Shown piece by piece: positions 43,200-52,637 of a stretch of 57,659 nucleotides of DNA. A model generated the notes under the pieces. It did not search any database. It saw only the letters and a program-made list of their open reading frames with translations, and was not told the origin of the DNA. Source of the DNA: Marmoricola sp. (GTDB lineage: Bacteria > Actinomycetota > Actinomycetes > Propionibacteriales > Nocardioidaceae). Location: the NCBI GenBank assembly GCA_051961575.1, contig JBQCDC010000453.1, positions 1-57,659 on the forward strand, read 5' to 3'. The translations under genes and the position numbers were made by a program. How positions within the stretch are numbered: the stretch's first letter is position 1; each line of letters opens with the position of its first letter.

Positions 43200-45752
43200 T
43201 CAGATCCCCTCGATGTGTGGTGAGGCTGCGCAGCGGCAGCGGGGGTGAAGGGGCGGCCCGGATTCGCTGACGCTGTGCGGGTTGGCGGCCTCGAAAGGGA
43301 GGCAGATGCTGGCACATGCCCCGGCTGAGGTGACGAGGTCCCATTGCTGGAGCCCGTAGGCGCGGTACACGGCGAGGGATGCGGTGGTGGCCATCCGTGC
43401 CGTCTCGGTGTGCGCTATGGTCTCGGCGCGGGCCGGATCACTGAGGTACGCGTCGAGGTCGGCGGCGAGCCGGTCCACGGTGTGCCCGAGCTCCACGGCC
43501 TGCTCGATGAGCACGCCCATGCGCTGCATGGTGGTGTCAGTGATGCCCTTGACCGTGACGCCCGCTTCCGCGAGGGCTTGCTGCCATGCGGTGCCGGTCA
43601 GGGCGTCCAGCACGGGCAGCGGCGCATCCTCGGGGGTGCGGAACTCGACGGTGGCCGGGGTGAAGCCGGTCAGGAGCCCGGGGGTCCCGGTCTGCTCCCC
43701 AGCGCTGAGTGCCCCGGCGATGAACCCGGCCCGGTGCGCCCCGGACAGCACAGCTTCCAGGCGCCCCGTGGCGTACACCTCCGCTGCCGCGTCAGTGGCC
43801 TCGGCCGCGGTCCACGCCGCCTCCAGTGCGTCCTCCGCCAGCGCATCGGTGTCCACCCCGCCAGCGAGTGCTGCTGCGACGAGGGGAGCCCAATGGTCCG
43901 TCAGGGCGAGGTCGACGGTGTGGAACGGGGTGGGGTTCGGCGGGTTATCCCGCCATGACCCTTTTGGGTCCGCATCACCGTCACGGGCCGCCTTGTTCAG
44001 CTGAGCCGCCTCGGCTGGGGTGTGGTGGACGAACTCGAAGTCCCGCCACTTGCCGTTGCGCTTGCGGGCCTTGACGAACGCGGCGAACTTCGCCAGCTCA
44101 TCCTTGCGCTTCAAGTCGATCCCGGCGTCACCCGTGGCTGCGGTCATCCCCGTGGTGGCGTCCTTCTCAGTGGGCTGGGCCGTGTTCGGGTCCTGCACCA
44201 CACCGGATCCGGGGGTGGGCTTCTGCGTCTCAGGGTGCTCCGGGTCGTCCGGGTTCTGCTCGGCCCGGTGGAACGCCGGCGAGCCCGGCAGCTTGTCCGG
44301 CATGAGCCCGGGTGTCCCGTCGAACGGGTACGGCAGCTCCGCGTCCGCGGTCGGGGCCTTCGTCTCCGGGTCCGTCTTGCCCGAGATGGCGAGGATGCTG
44401 TCCAGCGGCACGAAGCCCTGACGGGGCAGCACCAGGCCACGCGGGATCGGACGCTCGTTGTCAACCGGGAGGCCGAGGAGCTCCTCGCGGGCCTCATCGA
44501 CGGACGCGAACCCGGACTCGGTGTAGATCTTCCACGCCTGCGCCTCCGCGAGGCGGTCCTCCTTGTCCCGGCCCGTGTTGAGCCGGAACTCCACCGGGAG
44601 TCCGAGGTCGTGCTGGAGGTAGCGGGTCATCCACCGTTCCACGAACCGCACCCACGGGAGCGTGTTCACCCGGAACTGGATGTCCGTCTGCGTTTCGCCG
44701 TTGGCCCGGTTCACGTCCTGCGTGAACCCGAGGTCCTGCGGGACGACACCGAACGCCATGGCGGTCTTCATCGCCAGCCACTCCGGGAACGCCCGGTCGA
44801 ACGTCTTCGGGGCGGTCTCGGTGACCTTCATCCCGTTCGGGACGATGATCAGCTTGTGCAGGATCGACTGGTCGCCCATGAACATGGAGTCCCAGTAGTC
44901 CTGCCACTCCGCCACCTGATCAGGGGAGGACACGTCCGGGGGAGCTTCGCCGAAGCCGCCCGGTATGGAGCCCTCGGTGAACAGCTGCAGGAAATGCCAC
45001 TGGGCCTTCAGGTCCGTGGACATGTTCACCACGATGGACTCCAGCGGAGCCATGCCGTACGGGGAGTCCGTCTGGGACCGGAACCGGGTGTACACCAGGT
45101 CGTCGGCGGTGAACAGCTGGGACACTTCGCCCTTGATGATCTGCTGGTACGCCTCAGCCGGGGGCTTGGGGCGGCGGCCGTGCTCATCGATCAGCGGGTA
45201 GATCGTGCACCCGTCGAGGACTTCGAGGCCGATCACGTCCCCGTCATAGTTGCGGCGCCGGTACAGGGGCCCGGCGTCGAACGTGAGGATGTTCTCCATC
45301 CACATGGCCAGCCACTGGTCCCACGGGTTCTCCCGGTCGGGGAACTCGAGGGCCCTCTTCGCGGCGTCGATCGCGCCGTCTGCGTCGCCGGTGAAGCCCT
45401 CTTTCGCGTTGAACAGGGGCTCCATGCTGCGGAGTTCATCGATCTTGTGGTTCTTGCAGATCGTGGCGATGTCGTAGGAGCGCAACAGCTCGCGGAGGAC
45501 CTCGTAGGAGGTGCGGCCCCACTGCTGCCGGTTCTTGTACCCGATGTTGACCGCGGTGGGGTAGTCCATGGCGCGGGGGGTGCCGGAGTAGCCGCGGGCC
45601 GGGGTGAGCGGCCGGCCGGGGCCGAGGTAGGTGTCGGAGCCCATGCCCTGCTCGGTGTACGCGGCTTCGATCGCGTTCGGGGTGTGGGTGGTTTCTCCGG
45701 CGAAGACACGGCGTGCGATGTCGAACAGGCCCAAGGTGCCGTGCCTTTCCAT
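43200..45752 (-). CDS. Portal protein fused to MuF (minor head) domain
   Basis: Portal motifs SPYGMAPLE and AFGV.PQDLG; MuF motifs RAETIAHTE and PPLHPRCRC. Confidence 0.9.
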   Translation of the reverse strand: MERHGTLGLFDIARRVFAGETTHTPNAIEAAYTEQGMGSDTYLGPGRPLTPARGYSGTPRAMDYPTAVNIGYKNRQQWGRTSYEVLRELLRSYDIATICKNHKIDELRSMEPLFNAKEGFTGDADGAIDAAKRALEFPDRENPWDQWLAMWMENILTFDAGPLYRRRNYDGDVIGLEVLDGCTIYPLIDEHGRRPKPPAEAYQQIIKGEVSQLFTADDLVYTRFRSQTDSPYGMAPLESIVVNMSTDLKAQWHFLQLFTEGSIPGGFGEAPPDVSSPDQVAEWQDYWDSMFMGDQSILHKLIIVPNGMKVTETAPKTFDRAFPEWLAMKTAMAFGVVPQDLGFTQDVNRANGETQTDIQFRVNTLPWVRFVERWMTRYLQHDLGLPVEFRLNTGRDKEDRLAEAQAWKIYTESGFASVDEAREELLGLPVDNERPIPRGLVLPRQGFVPLDSILAISGKTDPETKAPTADAELPYPFDGTPGLMPDKLPGSPAFHRAEQNPDDPEHPETQKPTPGSGVVQDPNTAQPTEKDATTGMTAATGDAGIDLKRKDELAKFAAFVKARKRNGKWRDFEFVHHTPAEAAQLNKAARDGDADPKGSWRDNPPNPTPFHTVDLALTDHWAPLVAAALAGGVDTDALAEDALEAAWTAAEATDAAAEVYATGRLEAVLSGAHRAGFIAGALSAGEQTGTPGLLTGFTPATVEFRTPEDAPLPVLDALTGTAWQQALAEAGVTVKGITDTTMQRMGVLIEQAVELGHTVDRLAADLDAYLSDPARAETIAHTETARMATTASLAVYRAYGLQQWDLVTSAGACASICLPFEAANPHSVSESGPPLHPRCRCAASPHIEGI

Positions 45753-45755
45753 TTC

Positions 45756-47333
45756 TCAGTTGCGTTTGGGGATGTTGTCCCGCCAGTTGCGGGTGGCGGT
45801 GGGGACGGCGATGCCGCGCTGTTCGGCTTCGGCCTTCCATGCGGTCAGGAACGCCGACCCCTGCCCGGACTTCACGAGGAGCCGCTGCAATGCCTGGGTC
45901 AGCGCATCCACTTGGTCGTCGTGGGCGCCGTTGGGGAACGCGGCGGCCTCTTCCATCAGGCCTTCGACCCATGGGGCGAGCTCCGCGGATGGCAGGAACA
46001 CGTTCCCGGCCTCTTGGAAGGGGCTGACCGCGGAGGCGCGGGCTTCCTTGGATTCCTTCGGCGTCACCGGGATCAGCCCGGATACCTTGGCTTTGAGGAC
46101 GTCGATGACCGCGTCACCGTTGGCCTTGGCTTCGATGAGCTTCGCCGCGCATTGCGGCCAGCGGGCCACCATGGCAAGGAAGGCCTCAACGGTCTCGGTG
46201 AAGCTCATCCGCCGGCGCACCTGATCGAGCAGGTAGACGTTCGGGCCGCGCTTGAGCCAGACCTGACCTACCACGAAGTCGCTGCTCTTCGACGCCTTGA
46301 AAGTCATGTCCCACGACATGACCAGTTCGTCGGCGTCCCCGGTGGTGCGGCGGACACCGTCCTGTTCGGTCCAGAGCGGGTGGTCGTACCGGCCCCACTT
46401 GGCGCGTTTGAAGATCCCCCCCTCTGCGGGGGACGGGCGCCCTTGGTAGAGGGCGTTCCAGACGCGGGGCCCGACACCGATCTTGGTGGCTTCCCAGTCG
46501 CGCTGGGCTTCGGCGGTGTCACGTGCCGACTTGAGGTATTCGCCCGGTTCGCGGCCGAGCGGGTCCGTTTCGCCCTTCTCGGGGTCGTGGTCCGCCTGTG
46601 CGGGGATGTTGATGACCCGCCACCGGTCCCGGTCGGGGCCTTTGGCGAGGTGGCCGATGAGGTCGTCTTCATGCCAGCGGGTGGCGATGATGATGACCGG
46701 GGCACCCGGGGCGAGGCGGGTGAGGCCAACCGACTGCCAGAACGAGAGGACGCGACGCCGGTAGGTTTCCGAGTTCGCTTCGTCTTCGGACTTCACCGGG
46801 TCGTCAATGAAGAGCATGTCCACGGGGCGTCCGGTGAGGCCGGAGAAGATGCCCACGGACTTCACGGAGCCCTTGTGCCCGGCGAGGGACCATTTGGCGA
46901 CAGCCCCGGAGTCTCCGGCGATCCTGAGCCCGAGGTCGGCCGTGCCGTCTTCGCCTTGGTTGCCGGTGATCATGTTGCGGATGTCGCGGCCGAACTCGTT
47001 GGCGAGCTCTTGGTTGTAGGAGGCGATGGCGATGCGACGGTCGGGGTTGTTCAGCAGGAACCAGAGCGGTCCGGTCTTGGTGACGCGGGTGGATTTCCCC
47101 TCCTGGGGAGGACAGGAGATGAGCACCCGGTCGATGACGCGGTTCTCGATGTCCATGAGGGTCCGGTCGAGGAGGTCCATGAGGGGCGTCTGGACCGTGG
47201 TGGGCTCGACTGTTCTGGCGAGGTCGCCGGGGGTGGCGTACTTGGCGACCTGGAGCTTGCCGGCGGCTTCGTCGTCGGTGCCGCCGTTGGCCCATTGCTG
47301 GGCCGCGACAGATGCCCAGCCCACACGGACCAC
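45756..47333 (-). CDS. terL: Terminase large subunit
   Basis: PPQEGKS, IDDP, TRWHEDDL, SWD and HDDQVDA motifs. Confidence 0.95.
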   Translation of the reverse strand: MVRVGWASVAAQQWANGGTDDEAAGKLQVAKYATPGDLARTVEPTTVQTPLMDLLDRTLMDIENRVIDRVLISCPPQEGKSTRVTKTGPLWFLLNNPDRRIAIASYNQELANEFGRDIRNMITGNQGEDGTADLGLRIAGDSGAVAKWSLAGHKGSVKSVGIFSGLTGRPVDMLFIDDPVKSEDEANSETYRRRVLSFWQSVGLTRLAPGAPVIIIATRWHEDDLIGHLAKGPDRDRWRVINIPAQADHDPEKGETDPLGREPGEYLKSARDTAEAQRDWEATKIGVGPRVWNALYQGRPSPAEGGIFKRAKWGRYDHPLWTEQDGVRRTTGDADELVMSWDMTFKASKSSDFVVGQVWLKRGPNVYLLDQVRRRMSFTETVEAFLAMVARWPQCAAKLIEAKANGDAVIDVLKAKVSGLIPVTPKESKEARASAVSPFQEAGNVFLPSAELAPWVEGLMEEAAAFPNGAHDDQVDALTQALQRLLVKSGQGSAFLTAWKAEAEQRGIAVPTATRNWRDNIPKRN

Positions 47334-47399
47334 CTTCTAATCCGGGTCAGAAACGAGTACCATTGACAGTGGTCAAACCAACCGTTAGGAGTAACCCCC

Positions 47400-47597
47400 A
47401 TGGGTGCATCAGTGAAGCTCGAAGAGGGCATGAAGGTCCGCATCATCAGCAAGACCGCCATCCGCGCCGGTCGGGTAGGGACGGTTGTCGGAATCGTCCC
47501 GAACCTTGGTCCGGACGACTTCCCGGTGGATGTGGGCTTCGATGATGGGGCGACGATCAACTACGCCTTCGATGAGCTCGCCGTCATCCAGAACTAG
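47400..47597 (+). CDS. Small SH3/KOW-like protein on the opposite strand
   Basis: G.KVRI...GRVGTV...V.FDDG...DEL; upstream TTGACA and AGGAG. Confidence 0.7.
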   Translation: MGASVKLEEGMKVRIISKTAIRAGRVGTVVGIVPNLGPDDFPVDVGFDDGATINYAFDELAVIQN

Positions 47598-47761
47598 CCG
47601 CGTTCCCTGACCTGTCGGGCGATCAGCCGGTTCAGGAACCGGTACTGCTCATGCCACGCCTCCGGGCCACGGAATGCCCGTAGGTGCTCGAAGAACAGCA
47701 TCCGCTCGACCTTCATGCACCGATGGATCGCGACCTGATAGGTCCACCACGTGAACTCCAA
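47594..47761 (-). CDS. Small hypothetical protein
   Basis: GGAGG RBS and TTG start; LEFTWWTYQVAIHRC...; shares CTAG with the convergent gene. Confidence 0.55.
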   Translation of the reverse strand: MEFTWWTYQVAIHRCMKVERMLFFEHLRAFRGPEAWHEQYRFLNRLIARQVRERG

Positions 47762-47797
47762 GTGTTCCTCCACAACTAAATAGCGGGCGCCGTCGAG

Positions 47798-48175
47798 TTA
47801 GTTGTTTGACTCGGCGGTGTTCTTCTGCTCGTGGAGTTCTTTGACGAGCCGGTGGATTTCGGCGGCCTGTTCCCGGTCGTGCTGGGCGAGGGCTGCGTTG
47901 ATGGCGTCCTGCCGTTTGGCGGAGATCAGCAGGATCCCGCCCTGCAAGCCAGCCAAGGTGGAGAGGCCGAGGTTCAGGAGGATGAAGGGGAACGGGTCGA
48001 ACCCGGTGTTGCCGTTGCCGAGCATCCACGCGGCCATGAACCCGAGGAAGGCGAAGATGAACCCCCAGGAGCCCATGCCGGCGCGGAGGATGTCAGCGGC
48101 CCGGTCGCCGATGCTGAGCTGGTGGCCGGTGGGGACGGCTGGGTGGTTGCCCCAGTGCTTGCTGTGGGATGACAC
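47798..48175 (-). CDS. DUF1003-like membrane protein
   Basis: DRAAD....MGSW.FI and FDPFPFILLNL.LS..A..Q motifs. Confidence 0.8.
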   Translation of the reverse strand: MSSHSKHWGNHPAVPTGHQLSIGDRAADILRAGMGSWGFIFAFLGFMAAWMLGNGNTGFDPFPFILLNLGLSTLAGLQGGILLISAKRQDAINAALAQHDREQAAEIHRLVKELHEQKNTAESNN

Positions 48176-48316
48176 CGGGGAACCTCCTCTAGGGTTTGCG
48201 GACGAAGACCACGCCGGGAGGCGGTGGCCCGAGCTTCTTGATGCGGCGTCGGTCAGCCCATTCGGCGATTGGCCAGACGATCAGCACGGCAATCCCGAGC
48301 ATCCCGAAGAACGCCG

Positions 48317-48694
48317 TCATGCGTGGATGATCTTGCAGGGGATGAGGGCGTCCTCATCGAACGCGTGCACAGCGCTGACGCGGTGGTAGCCGTCTGCGAT
48401 GAGGAGGGGGACGCCTTTGTCCCGTCTCCCGGCGACGAGCAGGACCGGGGAGAGCGGTTCGCCCTTCTCGATCTTCTTCAGGTTGTGCGCGACGTGCCGG
48501 TTGGATTTGGGGAGTTGCGGTTCGCCGGAGCGGCGGAGGATGTCTTTGGCGGCGAAGTGGTGGATCGTGGGGTCGGCTTCGAGGAGGCTCACGATGTTCT
48601 CGGCGTCGCGGCGGGTGTGGTCCAGCAGGAGCACGGACTCGGCGGCCGCATAGTCCTTCTCCTCGGGGCTTCCGAGCCATGCGATATCAGCCAC
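48317..48694 (-). CDS. ParB/Srx-like domain protein
   Basis: PVLLV...IADGYHR. Confidence 0.72.
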   Translation of the reverse strand: MADIAWLGSPEEKDYAAAESVLLLDHTRRDAENIVSLLEADPTIHHFAAKDILRRSGEPQLPKSNRHVAHNLKKIEKGEPLSPVLLVAGRRDKGVPLLIADGYHRVSAVHAFDEDALIPCKIIHA

Positions 48695-48861
48695 TTACTT
48701 GACCGCCTCAAGGATCAGGGGAGTTTCAAAGTCTGGATCTGGGTGGTAGTGATTCACCCATTCGGTGAGTGCCTTACGGCAGAACTCGAGAGGGCCTGCC
48801 GCGATAACTTCCAGTGCGGGTGGCGCGTATGACTCGATCGCGGCGCGATACATATGCCCGG

Positions 48862-49356
48862 TCATGCGTTCTCCTTGTAGGTCGATGCGGGCCAGTCGTT
48901 GGTGAAGGCGTGGTCGGCGATGTCGCCGGGGGTGACATCCTGGGGGAGGCGCCCGTCGTCGAACGCGGCGAACCCGACCGACTGCCAGACCACGTCCACG
49001 AGCTGGGAGCAGAACAGCCGGTCGTACCGGTCCAGCCGGCGCGACAGCGAGGGGAGGCGGATGCCGAACTGGGCGAGGGCGAGTGCGCCGATGTCAGCGA
49101 ACCCGTACGGCGTGCCCAGCAGCGCTTCGGCGTGGGCGCGGATCAGGGCCCGCTGCGCCACGGTCAGGGGTGCGGTGACGATCACGTCGCCGTCCCGCAC
49201 ACGGCCCTCGATGGCGCCCTTCAAATCCGCCTCAACCGTGGTCCCGTCCTCCGCGACGATCAGCCGCACATGGCAGTACCGGGACCGGTCGAACACGGCC
49301 ACGGCACGGCCGAGCGCGTTGTGGGGCCGGAACAGGGCAACGTCACCCGGTCGCAT
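48862..49356 (-). CDS. Permuted papain-like (YiiX/NlpC-P60) hydrolase
   Basis: PGD, YCH, G.PY, FCSQLV and VTPGD motifs. Confidence 0.82.
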   Translation of the reverse strand: MRPGDVALFRPHNALGRAVAVFDRSRYCHVRLIVAEDGTTVEADLKGAIEGRVRDGDVIVTAPLTVAQRALIRAHAEALLGTPYGFADIGALALAQFGIRLPSLSRRLDRYDRLFCSQLVDVVWQSVGFAAFDDGRLPQDVTPGDIADHAFTNDWPASTYKENA

Positions 49357-49667
49357 GCTTCCCCCTAAGTCGGAATAGCGGTGTCAGTAGTCCGGGTTAG
49401 CGGTAGCGGTCCCAGCCCACCGGGAACCACGAGAGCCACCAGCGCTTCATCAGTCGGTCCAGAACTTGCCGGTGGCGTACCGTGGCTCGGGTTCGATGCC
49501 GCGCCGGAGCAGTTGCCGGACTCGGCGGCGCAGCTCGCGGGAGCTCAGCCAGTCCGAGCCGTGGAAGACGTGCGGGCGCTTAGCCACAGTCGGCCTCCCC
49601 GAAGTCGATGGCGTCGAGGCGGGCCAGAGCATCAAGCAGGGCGTCAGCCTCATGCTCGGTGAGCTCG

Positions 49668-49889
49668 TCAGCCACGCTTACGCTCCTGGTCGTATTCGCT
49701 GATGACGCGCAGGTTCACGGCGGTCGAGTAGGCGGAGCAGTGCGCACAGTTGCGGGGGTGCCTGTCGTGGCCGGCGTCGCACTTGGCGGGGTCCGCGATG
49801 CACGCCCCGGTGTCGCAGTGGCCGCACAGGAGGATGCCATTGTGCTCGGCCTTGTCGTTGCCGCACTGGCATTTGACGATGGTGGTCAC
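49668..49889 (-). CDS. Cys-rich Zn-binding protein
   Basis: Multiple Cys pairs; AGGAGG RBS. Confidence 0.6.
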   Translation of the reverse strand: MTTIVKCQCGNDKAEHNGILLCGHCDTGACIADPAKCDAGHDRHPRNCAHCSAYSTAVNLRVISEYDQERKRG

Positions 49890-50024
49890 GCTGGCCTCCT
49901 GAATGGGAAAGGGTGCCCGTTCTTTGTGCCTCGGCTGAACTAGGGCGATAAGGTGCCGTGTTGGTTCCCGCACTTCGGTCCCGGTCCAGACGATCCGGGC
50001 TCACTTTGGGGGGACGATCAGGGG

Positions 50025-51209
50025 CTAGTGGATCCGGTATTCGGCCCACTTGCCGGGCAGGTGATCCCCGATCAGGAACGTCGTCGTCCCCGGCCGGGAG
50101 TACATGCCCGTCGCATCCGTATGCCACTTCGACCCCGGGTCCACCGTGGTCGCCTGGATCCGCGTGTACGGGCCGAAGTCCGTCAACGCCGCGTGATGCT
50201 TGTGCGCGGTGTGCCACACGTCCGGGATGAACCGGTGCACCGTTGTCAGATACTGGGACTGCTTCGCCAGCCAGTCCTCTTCCTTGCCGCTTATCTTGTG
50301 CCCATGCGAGAGCGGCAGGTTGACGCCGGCGGCTGTGACCCGGGTGATCATCTCGTCCCGCGGGATGACCCACTCGATGTGCCGGAGCGCGTCATGCGAG
50401 GAGCAGATGAGTTTGAGGGTGTCGCCGATGAGGCCGGTGGCGTTGTCGGCGTCGTCTGTGATGTTGTCCCGGCCCTGCCCGCGGGACAGCTGCCCGTGGT
50501 TGCATAGCGCGGCCGCGTACGTGACCTTGTCGAACAGGGGCGCGAGGGCTTTGATCCACGCGAGGTTCGTCTCCACCGCAAGGGTGAGCTGGTCGCGCAT
50601 GTTCAGGTCCACGGTGTGGGTCTGGGAGGCGTAGGAGCCGGCGACGTTCTCGGTGTGGTCGCCCATGTTGGCGAGGATCAGGTGGTCCACGTTGCGGAGC
50701 TTGTCCGCGTACTCGAGGATGGACTCGAGCGAGTGCGCGAGGCGTCTGAGGGTGCCGGGGGTTCCGTCGCCTTCGCCCTTGCCGAGCTGCCAGTCGGCCA
50801 TGGACACGACGAGCGCGGACGGTGGTCCGTGGTGGCCGTTTGCCTTCTTCGTCGGCGTCCAATTGCGCACCGAGTCGGTGAGCCGGTCGAGGTCCAGCAT
50901 GCCGGGCGCGGTGGGCGCCTTGGGCCGGACGTTGTTGAGCTTGTTCCAGAATCCGGTGCCGTCCGGCTTCGAGGTCCAACCCCAGGTGAACGTCACCGCG
51001 TCGGGGTCTTGGCCCTTCGAGCGGATGAATGCCCGGTAGTCGTCGTAGCCCCACGGCTTCTCGGAGAAGCGGACGTAGTTGGCGGAGCCGTCCGGGTTGT
51101 GGGTTTCGGACTCGCTGGCCGCGGTGCTGGACTCAGCGTTCTCGGGGAGGTGCCGGTATTTGCATTTGCCGGTGGCGTCGATCTTGTGCCGGTACTTGCA
51201 GCGAGCCAA
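50025..51209 (-). CDS. Calcineurin-like metallophosphoesterase/exonuclease
   Basis: ADWQLGK, GDHTE, NHG, HGH and HKH motifs. Confidence 0.82.
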   Translation of the reverse strand: MARCKYRHKIDATGKCKYRHLPENAESSTAASESETHNPDGSANYVRFSEKPWGYDDYRAFIRSKGQDPDAVTFTWGWTSKPDGTGFWNKLNNVRPKAPTAPGMLDLDRLTDSVRNWTPTKKANGHHGPPSALVVSMADWQLGKGEGDGTPGTLRRLAHSLESILEYADKLRNVDHLILANMGDHTENVAGSYASQTHTVDLNMRDQLTLAVETNLAWIKALAPLFDKVTYAAALCNHGQLSRGQGRDNITDDADNATGLIGDTLKLICSSHDALRHIEWVIPRDEMITRVTAAGVNLPLSHGHKISGKEEDWLAKQSQYLTTVHRFIPDVWHTAHKHHAALTDFGPYTRIQATTVDPGSKWHTDATGMYSRPGTTTFLIGDHLPGKWAEYRIH

Positions 51210-51236
51210 GCCGTACCGCCTTCCCGGGGCATGAGT

Positions 51237-51265
51237 GAAGCCCCGGCCTACTGGCGCGGGGCTTC
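51237..51265. terminator. GC-rich hairpin downstream of the putative late promoter
   Basis: GAAGCCCCG...CGGGGCTTC. Confidence 0.55.
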
Positions 51266-51295
51266 GTTCGTGATGCAGTTTTCCGATCTTGAACT

Positions 51296-51325
51296 AACCT
51301 ACTACGAGAACCGTTCTCATGTCAA
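51296..51325 (-). promoter_or_regulatory. SigA-type promoter TTGACA-N18-TAGGTT with palindromic spacer GAGAAC-G-GTTCTC
   Basis: Counted directly on the minus strand. Confidence 0.65.
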
Positions 51326-51334
51326 ATCGAACAG

Positions 51335-52015
51335 TTAGATCAGCTGTTCGGGACGGTCGGCTGCTCGATACGCCTTCCACATGCTGCGGACCTGCTGCAT
51401 CTTGTCCGGGTCACGCTGGCCCTTGGGAACAGTCTGGAGGATGCGGTTCCCCTCATCACGCGGGCTGTCCCGATCATGCACACCCTGCCAGCCGCGGAAC
51501 TTGCCGCAGGTGGCGCAGTTCCCATATGCGGAGTCGCCCGTCTCATGCTCCCATGGGCCGCCGACGCCGAGGTCGCAGGCGCACTGCTCGTGGGCGCTGG
51601 CAACAGTCAAGCAGTCGTCGTGGTACAGGCCGCGCTCACCCTTCCACCACGGCGACTCGGCGCGCTCCCACCCACGGGAATTGTTCACGTAGTCACCCTT
51701 GCGGCTCCTGCCGCTGCACCATTCGCAGCGGGTGAACGCCCAGCGGCGGAAGTGCTGGAGCGGGTGGATCTGGAGCTTCCAGTGGTGGATGTGCCATTGC
51801 CAGTTCCCGGAGTAGGGGCAGTCCTGGTTGGAGTCGTAGCGGGATGGGTCGACGTGCCAGATGGTGAGGATCGCGGGCCAGTAGAACTCGCGGCCGGCGA
51901 GGGTCCAGAACGGGGAACTGCTGACGTGCCAGCGCTTGCCGGGATGGCTGATCATGCGGGTGCGTTCTGGCCATGGTCGCCTAATCTCAAAGGCGACTGT
52001 CATCGGGTCATGCAT
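51335..52015 (-). CDS. Trp/Cys-rich hypothetical protein
   Basis: MHDPMTVAFEIRRPWP...WHIHHW...CEWC. Confidence 0.75.
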   Translation of the reverse strand: MHDPMTVAFEIRRPWPERTRMISHPGKRWHVSSSPFWTLAGREFYWPAILTIWHVDPSRYDSNQDCPYSGNWQWHIHHWKLQIHPLQHFRRWAFTRCEWCSGRSRKGDYVNNSRGWERAESPWWKGERGLYHDDCLTVASAHEQCACDLGVGGPWEHETGDSAYGNCATCGKFRGWQGVHDRDSPRDEGNRILQTVPKGQRDPDKMQQVRSMWKAYRAADRPEQLI

Positions 52016-52637
52016 GTTGTTGTGCCTCCAGTGCTTTGAGTTCTTCCACGACGATCCCCGGCACGGTCGCCCGAACCTCCGGGGCAAGATCCAGCCGGGA
52101 CAGGACGGCGTTCAGCACCGCCGTGAACTGGGCAGCGGTCTGCTCGTCCACCTTGACTCGCCGCTCTTCGAAGCCGGCCGCCACGAGCAGCTGCAGCAGC
52201 CTCGCTGTCCGGTCCATGGCCCGCTCGTACAGGGACACTTCGGAGGCGAGCTGTTCGGTGCCCTTCGCATCCGTGAACCGGAGCGCATCCAGGGCATTCA
52301 CACGACTTCCGAGCGCGTCCATGAGGTGCTTCGACGCGGCCGCGAGCTTCCCGAGCTCGATCAGCGGGTCACCGATCGGCTCCAACCCCTCGGCCGCGAG
52401 GATCGCCTCATGGTCGGCGTCGTAGGTCTGGACTGCGATGGCGTTGGCCTGCCGTCGTGCGGCGGCGCGGAGCGCCTGTGGGCTGGCCCCGCCGTGCATG
52501 GTGCACACTTCCATGTAGGGCGACGGCTTGCGGCCACAGGGCAATCCCGTCCTTGCGTGGGCGCGGCACTGCTCGTGGACCTTCTCGCATCTAATGCAAA
52601 TGATTCCCAATTGCGTTTGGTTCTTGGGGTCAGTCAC
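52008..52637 (-). CDS. HGGxSTG-domain protein, candidate terminase small subunit
   Basis: C.A..RTG.PC......C.MHGGASP followed by a helical region. Confidence 0.6.
   Translation of the reverse strand: MTDPKNQTQLGIICIRCEKVHEQCRAHARTGLPCGRKPSPYMEVCTMHGGASPQALRAAARRQANAIAVQTYDADHEAILAAEGLEPIGDPLIELGKLAAASKHLMDALGSRVNALDALRFTDAKGTEQLASEVSLYERAMDRTARLLQLLVAAGFEERRVKVDEQTAAQFTAVLNAVLSRLDLAPEVRATVPGIVVEELKALEAQQHA

Noticed and set aside
49910-49950. tRNA-like GCCCTAGTTCAG...AGAAC on the minus strand
   Set aside because: D-arm resemblance only; no T-loop or acceptor stem.
51306-51350. LexA/SOS box
   Set aside because: GAAC and GTTC half-sites are spaced by 1 or 13 nt, not the 4 nt of the actinobacterial SOS box.
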